From: a bacterium
Lineage (GTDB): Bacteria > Zhuqueibacterota > Zhuqueibacteria > Oceanimicrobiales > Oceanimicrobiaceae
Reading direction: 5' to 3'
Length of the DNA: 23,746 bases
NCBI GenBank assembly: GCA_046757025.1
Contig: JBHHXN010000075.1
Location: 1 to 23,746, forward strand
Shown: positions 18,221-23,746 of the stretch, piece by piece
How the letters are laid out: each line of letters opens with the position of its first letter
Numbering within the stretch: position 1 is the stretch's first letter
Program-made: the position numbers and the translations under genes
Notes under the pieces: generated by a model
What the model saw: the letters and a program-made list of their open reading frames with translations, nothing else
Database searches by the model: none
Told to the model about the DNA's origin: nothing

Positions 18221-19777
18221 ATGGCACAAATTGAATACGACACGATTATAATTGGTAGTGGATTTGGGGGTTCCATGATTGCGAACGTTCTGGTGAACGC
18301 CGGCGAGCGCGTGCTCATGCTTGAACGCGGGGATTGGGTTAAGCGCGGTCTGCACAACTGGGCGCCGGATGGCTCGTTGGAATTGACCGAGCATTATTCA
18401 AAAGAAACACCCTATCGGGTTTTGGAGGGCGGCAATAGTCCCATCATGGGGGCTTACACCTGTGTGGGCGGACCGTCGGTGTTTTACGGCGCGGTGTCCA
18501 TGCGTTTGCGCAAGGAGGATTTTGAAGTCGAATCGCATATCGTAGGCGATTCGGGCGCTAAGTGGCCGTACAAATATGCCGATTTAGAGCCTTATTACAG
18601 CCAGGCTGAAAAAATTCTCAATATAGCCGGCGAGGCCGGCTACGACCCTTCCGAGCCATTCAGAAGCCGTGACTATCCGCAACCGCTCAACGGGCTTTCC
18701 CCAACTTCCAGTTTGATAAAGGATGCAGCGAAAGAGTTGGGCTTGAATCCATTCCGTCTGCCTTTGGCCATCAATTACGCAGCTAACAACGGCAAAGAGC
18801 GTTGCGCAGAATGTACCACCTGTGACACTTACGCGTGTGCACTGGAAGCGAAAAATGATTTAGCGACTCAGCTCATCCCAAAACTGATAAAAAAGGGCTT
18901 GGAGCTCAAAACCAATCACGTGGCGGTTAGGCTGAATCACAGCGGAAAACAAATCAGCGGGGTGGTTTGTTTTGATAAGACGAAAAATGAAAAAGTGCAA
19001 TTCCGTGCAAACAAATATATCCTGTCCGCGGGCGCTCTGGCATCACCGCACCTCATTTTAGCTTCGGGATTGAATGAATTGAATCCAGGCGGCCGCGTCA
19101 TCGGTCGTTACCTGACGCGACATTGTAATGCCATTGTTTTCGGTTATTTCCCATGGGGAAAGCACAACTCGAATCAGTTTCATAAGCAAATCGGCATAAA
19201 CGATTATTACATGGGTCATCCTTCCATAAAATATCCACAGGGCAAATTGGGCAACATGCAGCAAATGCAAACTCCGCCGTTTGGATTGATCGAGGCCATG
19301 GTGCCAAAACTGTTGAGCAAATTTCTGAAACGCATTGTGCCGCGGCTGACCGGCATCGTGGTGATTGCTGAAGACCAGCCGCGATTTTCGAACGGGGTTA
19401 CCATAGATCGCAGTCAAACCGACAAGTTCGGTTTGCCGCAGCTTTTGGTTACGCATCAGTACAGCAAGCGCGATTATGCCGCCCGCAAGGCTTTATTGAA
19501 AAAAGCCCGGAAAATTTTATTTAAAGCCGGCGCGGTGGCGTGCTATGTGCACAAAATAAAAACTTTTTCCCATGCAGCGGGCACCGTAAGAATGGGGGAA
19601 GATCCGGCCACCTCTGCGCTGGACCAGTACTGTCAATTTCGTGGAATGAGCAATTTTTTTGTGGTGGATGGCAGCTTCATGTCCACCGCCGGCGGGCTTA
19701 ATCCCAGCCTGACTATTTCAGCCAACGCGTTGCGCGTCGGGGAGTATATTGTCAAAAAGCCAAGTCCAGTGCATTGA
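18221..19777 (+). CDS. GMC family FAD oxidoreductase
   Basis: IIGSGFGG FAD-binding motif, VGGPS, Cys cluster CAECTTCDTYAC, catalytic His (SHAAGTVRMG) and Asn (GLNPSLT); no signal peptide. Confidence 0.92.
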   Translation: MAQIEYDTIIIGSGFGGSMIANVLVNAGERVLMLERGDWVKRGLHNWAPDGSLELTEHYSKETPYRVLEGGNSPIMGAYTCVGGPSVFYGAVSMRLRKEDFEVESHIVGDSGAKWPYKYADLEPYYSQAEKILNIAGEAGYDPSEPFRSRDYPQPLNGLSPTSSLIKDAAKELGLNPFRLPLAINYAANNGKERCAECTTCDTYACALEAKNDLATQLIPKLIKKGLELKTNHVAVRLNHSGKQISGVVCFDKTKNEKVQFRANKYILSAGALASPHLILASGLNELNPGGRVIGRYLTRHCNAIVFGYFPWGKHNSNQFHKQIGINDYYMGHPSIKYPQGKLGNMQQMQTPPFGLIEAMVPKLLSKFLKRIVPRLTGIVVIAEDQPRFSNGVTIDRSQTDKFGLPQLLVTHQYSKRDYAARKALLKKARKILFKAGAVACYVHKIKTFSHAAGTVRMGEDPATSALDQYCQFRGMSNFFVVDGSFMSTAGGLNPSLTISANALRVGEYIVKKPSPVH

Positions 19778-20754
19778 GCCATTTGTCCAATCCTCAAAGT
19801 GAATTAAATTTAGCCTTTCTGGGTTGTGGATTTGCAACCAGACTGCACAGCAAAACTCTGAAGTCTTTCAAAAATGCGGTTCGGTGTTTTTACGCCAGTC
19901 GTGATGCCGGTAAAGCTGCCGAATTCAATCGCCAGTTTAAAGGGGCTGGCAGCTTTGATTCTTATGACGCCGCTATCTCCGCCCATGACATCGACGTCAT
20001 TTTAATCGCTACGCCCCCGAATCAGCATCTGGATTTGACCTTGCAGTCGCTGCAAGCTGACAAACATGTCATTGTGGAAAAGCCACCCTTTTTGAATACC
20101 GCTCATTTTGATGCGGTAAGAAAAGCTCAACAAAATGCGCACCGCCGTGTGTTTGTTGCGGAGAATTATTTTTATAAACCCTTGGCGAAAAAACTGCGAG
20201 CACTTATCGCGGAGAACCTCATTGGGGAAATTCTATTCATTCATGTCAATGCCCTGAAAAAGCAAGACACCGGCAATTGGCGCGACGATGCGGCGTTAAC
20301 TGGCGGCGGCGCCTTGTTTGAAGGCGGCGTTCACTGGGTCAACTTCATGGCCAACCTTGGATTTACCATAAAATCCGTCCAGGGGTTTTGCCCCGGCTCT
20401 AAAACACAATTGGAAAGAAGTATTCTGGTCAATTTTAAATATGAAGAAGGTCCTGTGGGATCTTTGTATTACTCCTGGGAAACGCCGTCGCTGTTTAAAG
20501 GGCTGCGCATTTCGAAAATCTACGGAACAACAGGCAGTTTGACGTTTGAATCGAACGGTCTCATAATCGTTGTTCGCGGATCAAAAAAAGCCATCCTTTT
20601 TCCCGGACTCAAGGACATTGCCGGTTACCGCGCCATGTTTCAGGATTTTTTTTCCGCGATTAAATCAGATCGGAGCCCCGAATTCAGTCTCGCTTTAGCA
20701 GAACAGGATATGAAGCTTATAGAAGAGGTTTATGAATCACTGAAATCTAAGTAA
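19774..20754 (+). CDS. Gfo/Idh/MocA family NAD(P)-dependent oxidoreductase
   Basis: FLGCGFA, IATPPNQH, HVIVEKP, GGGALFEGGVH; TTG start overlaps the GMC stop (TTGA). Confidence 0.9.
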   Translation: MSHLSNPQSELNLAFLGCGFATRLHSKTLKSFKNAVRCFYASRDAGKAAEFNRQFKGAGSFDSYDAAISAHDIDVILIATPPNQHLDLTLQSLQADKHVIVEKPPFLNTAHFDAVRKAQQNAHRRVFVAENYFYKPLAKKLRALIAENLIGEILFIHVNALKKQDTGNWRDDAALTGGGALFEGGVHWVNFMANLGFTIKSVQGFCPGSKTQLERSILVNFKYEEGPVGSLYYSWETPSLFKGLRISKIYGTTGSLTFESNGLIIVVRGSKKAILFPGLKDIAGYRAMFQDFFSAIKSDRSPEFSLALAEQDMKLIEEVYESLKSK

Positions 20755-20764
20755 CGGAGGGAAG

Positions 20765-21595
20765 ATGCAAAATACGGAATGGCTACTGGCAGTCGCGGTC
20801 GGTTTACTTGCGGGTCTGCACACCTCAACCTGGGGTATGTATAAAGACGCTCCTCACGAGGGATTTACCTGGCGCAAATATTTTCGCAGCACCATTTTAG
20901 GTGGAATCATTGCGATTTTAGTCGTGTTTGTCACCAGATTTGATTTAACGCACGTTCCCAATCTGGCGATATTGTTCGGATTCACCTACGTGATTGAGCG
21001 CGCCCTGGTGGAATTCTACAAAACTTTTTTACGGGAAGAAGATCAGTCGAAATACTTCATCCCAATGCAGTTGAGTTTTAGAGGCAGTGTGGTGGAGAGC
21101 CGGGTTATTCGGCTGTCGGCGGGGGCGGTTTATTTCATGGGAGAAGTGCTGACCGTGTACGGCGTGTTCTACCTACAGAAAATGAATTTGAATATTCCCG
21201 GGCTTTTATTTGTGGTCACCATCGGCAGCATTGGCGGCTGGATCTCCGCGTTTGGCGGCGCCTGGAAAGACGCCCCAAAAGAAGGCTTTGAGATTTTGAA
21301 ATTTTTTCGCAGTCCGCTCATTGCCATTTTTTACGCCTTTATTCTGGCTAACTTTACAGACAACTACTTGTTCATTACCTTTGGCGCTCTGGGATATACC
21401 ATAGCCACCACGGAAACCTACAAGACGTTCTTTTTTCCCAGCAAACCACGAGGCAAATTTGCCGGCAAAGAAATTAAGTTTCCAGAAATGTTGCGCAGGC
21501 GACAGTATTTTATTCCGCTGTATGCTGGAATCTGGGTATTCGTTCTCACCATTATGGTCGCGGCATTTCTGACACCGCATGGCGGATTGCTTTAA
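20765..21595 (+). CDS. hypothetical membrane protein with a two-fold internal repeat
   Basis: GGAGG RBS; GMYKDAPHEGFTWRKYFRS and GAWKDAPKEGFEILKFFRS 141 aa apart. Confidence 0.82.
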   Translation: MQNTEWLLAVAVGLLAGLHTSTWGMYKDAPHEGFTWRKYFRSTILGGIIAILVVFVTRFDLTHVPNLAILFGFTYVIERALVEFYKTFLREEDQSKYFIPMQLSFRGSVVESRVIRLSAGAVYFMGEVLTVYGVFYLQKMNLNIPGLLFVVTIGSIGGWISAFGGAWKDAPKEGFEILKFFRSPLIAIFYAFILANFTDNYLFITFGALGYTIATTETYKTFFFPSKPRGKFAGKEIKFPEMLRRRQYFIPLYAGIWVFVLTIMVAAFLTPHGGLL

Positions 21596-21626
21596 TCTTC
21601 GGGAGAAAAAACACGGAATCCCCCAA

Positions 21627-23003
21627 ATGCTGAAAACAAATTCTTACGATGAGGCGGTCTGGGAAAGCACGCCCGTCATTCAGAAACCGGTTTATACCAT
21701 CGATGAAAGGCCGGGTACCTGGTGGGAAAGCCTGCTCTACGGCTGGCAGCACACCCTGGTGGACATTTCGCCCTTTGTGTTGCCCCTGGCCGTTGCTGCG
21801 GCCATCGGTATGTCGGCGGCGGAGAAAGCGCAGTTTATCAATTACTGCTTGTTCGCCATGGGCCTCGCCACGCTGCTGCAGACGACGTTCGGCAATCGTC
21901 TGCCGATCATTCAGGGTCCCTCGGCGACGCTCACAGGTACGCTCGCTCCAATCGGCAGTCAACTGGGCGCACCGGCCATCTGGGGCGGCGTTTTTATCGG
22001 CGGGCTAATCGAAATGCTCGTCGGCGCTTCTAGAGTGCTGAAATATTTACGACGATTTTTTCCGGTGGTGGTTTCGGGCGTGGTGGTGATCAGCATCGGC
22101 ATGGCGCTCGGTCAATTGGCCGTACGTTTGACCTTTGGCGATGGCAGTGCGGTCAATTTTTTGTTTGCCGGACTGGTTATTTTATTGATCTTTGTTCTTC
22201 AGTTGAAATTTCAAAAAGTTTTGCATGGTCTCCTCTCTCGCGCGGCCATTTTCATTTCCATCTGGGTGATTGGTCTGGGTGTGGCCGGTGTTTTCGGTCG
22301 GGTCAACTGGTCGCTGGTGGCGGAAAAACCCTGGTTTGCATTGCCGAAATGGTTTCCTTACGGTGGACCGGGATTTGGCTGGGAATTTAGCCTGGCAGCT
22401 ATTTTAGCGATTTTAGCCGGCTATTTTGGCTCCATGGTGGAATCGCTGGGCGATTATGCCGCCACCTGCGCGGTAGCGGGAGAAACCTACAAAGTTCGCC
22501 ACATGAACCGCGGGATTTTTGCGGAAGGACTGGGTTCGGTGGTCGCGGCCATCTTTGGCGGACTGCCCTGTACCAGCTATACCCAGAATATCGGCATCAT
22601 CGCTACCACCCGCGTGGCCAGCAGATTTGTGGTGCAAATCGCCGCGGTAATTTTGATGTTGTATGGATTATGTCCAAAATTTGGCGCTTTGCTGGTGGCC
22701 ATGCCGCGTTCCGTGCTGGGTGGGGTTTTTATCATTGTGTGCGGCATGATTGTTATTTCTGGAATAAAGCTGGTTAACGCCGCTAAAAGCACCAGCGCCA
22801 ACCAATTTATCGTGGGCATGACTCTGGTCTGCGCCATCGGTATCCCCATTAACACAAAGTATGTTTTAGGCGAAGCCTGGCTGGCAGCGCTGCCGGCCTT
22901 TTTGAAATTGTTATTGACGAACACGGTGGTGTTAGCGGTGCTTCTGGCGGTGTTCTTGAATTCGATTTTAAATATCATTTTGAAGGGAGAGAGCGAAGAG
23001 TAG
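21627..23003 (+). CDS. NCS2 (NAT) family nucleobase permease, xanthine/urate-type signature
   Basis: TM1 QH, GNRLPIIQGPS, ESLGD, NAT motif QNIGIIATTR; start may be 21627 or 21579. Confidence 0.9.
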   Translation: MLKTNSYDEAVWESTPVIQKPVYTIDERPGTWWESLLYGWQHTLVDISPFVLPLAVAAAIGMSAAEKAQFINYCLFAMGLATLLQTTFGNRLPIIQGPSATLTGTLAPIGSQLGAPAIWGGVFIGGLIEMLVGASRVLKYLRRFFPVVVSGVVVISIGMALGQLAVRLTFGDGSAVNFLFAGLVILLIFVLQLKFQKVLHGLLSRAAIFISIWVIGLGVAGVFGRVNWSLVAEKPWFALPKWFPYGGPGFGWEFSLAAILAILAGYFGSMVESLGDYAATCAVAGETYKVRHMNRGIFAEGLGSVVAAIFGGLPCTSYTQNIGIIATTRVASRFVVQIAAVILMLYGLCPKFGALLVAMPRSVLGGVFIIVCGMIVISGIKLVNAAKSTSANQFIVGMTLVCAIGIPINTKYVLGEAWLAALPAFLKLLLTNTVVLAVLLAVFLNSILNIILKGESEE

Positions 23004-23196
23004 TCAGGCAGTTTAGTATGCTTGAGTGGCAATTGATTTTACGGGGTTCGATTGTCACAAGCCGTGTGCGTTTTTTGCGCATGCGCTTAATGCCTTTGTT
23101 CGGAGATTTGATCTATTTTCTTGGTATTGATAGAACAATTTTAAGGCCCTATGTTGAATAAGGTGGGTATGCTGCTCAGAGAGGTCCTTATTTTTT

Positions 23197-23253
23197 GACA
23201 GGATTGACAAGATTTACTGGATGTACCGGATGGAAATTCTTATCCTGTAAATC
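23197..23253. repeat. degenerate 9-nt tandem repeat with an inverted copy
   Basis: GACAGGATT GACAAGATT TACTGGATG TACCGGATG followed by inverted ATCCTGTAAATC (23242-23253). Confidence 0.55.
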
Positions 23254-23371
23254 ACCCTGAAGTGAACACACTGAGCCGTGCCCCAGAGGCCTGTGTAAGA
23301 ATTTTTACTGAAGGGTCCATTTCGGGTGTTTTTGGAAAAGGGCGGACAGTTAATTTAGCGATTAGCTCTTA

Positions 23372-23670
23372 ATCAGCATAGGGGTAGCCTCACGACTCCA
23401 CCCCTGCTACACCACCCGGCATACGGATCACGTACCAAGGCGGTTCGGTTGGACTGGTTGGTTATAGACCAACTGGATGTTCAGAAAATGTTGCCAAAGC
23501 GAAGTAGCTACTCTAAAGAGTCGCCTCCATTAAGGTCGGCGTTCTCTCCGCTCGCAAACAAACCTTACTTATCCTGCCACTTAAACCCATAATGGGTACC
23601 GTTCGGGCCTTCGAACACACCGTCGCATGGCTTCAGTGTGAGGCCACTCGAACCAGCCGGTTTCCCTATG
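23372..23670 (-). mobile_element. 3' part of an ORF-less group IIC intron (partial D3, short D4, D5, D6)
   Basis: D3 end GAAGGCCCGAAC (23612-23601); D5 GAACCGCCTTGGTACGTGATCCGTATGCCGGGTGGTGT with CGC triad (23446-23409); D6 AGCAGGGGT..GTGA..ACCCCTATGCT with bulged A at 23379; ends in AT at 23372. Confidence 0.8.
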
Positions 23671-23694
23671 TGGTCGTAAGCGCTCATCCATTAA

Positions 23695-23746
23695 GAACCG
23701 TACTTGCCAGTTTCCCAGCATACGGCTCAAGCCTTGATAAGGCGCC
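23695..23746 (-). mobile_element. domain 5 of a second group II intron (IIB/chloroplast-like style), remainder outside the window
   Basis: 34-nt GAGCCGTATGCTGGGAAACTGGCAAGTACGGTTC (23728-23695): AGC triad, GAAA loop, 2-nt bulge; preceded by a GCCTT/AAGGC hairpin. Confidence 0.8.

Noticed and set aside
18208..18234. 8-codon uORF (MILHYGTN) overlapping the GMC start
   Set aside because: Lies downstream of the hairpin, so it cannot be a classical attenuator peptide; no other support
23340..23371. attC site as the target of the IIC intron
   Set aside because: No RYYYAAC/GTTRRRY core pair and no cassette array visible
1..23746. CRISPR array, tRNA, rRNA or anti-phage defence genes
   Set aside because: No regularly spaced repeats, cloverleaf or recognisable defence domains seen

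Overview
Bacterial chromosomal window (about 45% GC by eye, with AT-rich intergenic DNA and canonical sigma70-type promoters). The left half holds housekeeping and stress genes: a TMEM175-type K+ channel, dimethylarginase (DDAH), htpG, a zinc-ribbon/RGG protein paired with a cold-shock protein, an unknown membrane protein, a GT-B arabinokinase-N-like protein, a PaaI thioesterase, malic enzyme, an M48 peptidase and an ArsR-SRPBCC-secreted protein unit. The right half holds a TPAT (TatT/DctP/DctQM) TRAP transporter with an orphan membrane gene inside it, then a tightly packed unit of GMC oxidoreductase, Gfo/Idh/MocA dehydrogenase, an internally duplicated membrane protein and an NCS2 permease. 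That unit is preceded by a candidate switch-like leader RNA (pseudoknot versus terminator). Intergenic spaces carry MITE-like and REP-like repeats. The window ends in minus-strand group II intron sequence: an ORF-less IIC 3' half joined to a second, IIB-type domain 5. All family calls come from motif recognition by eye; no database searches were run.
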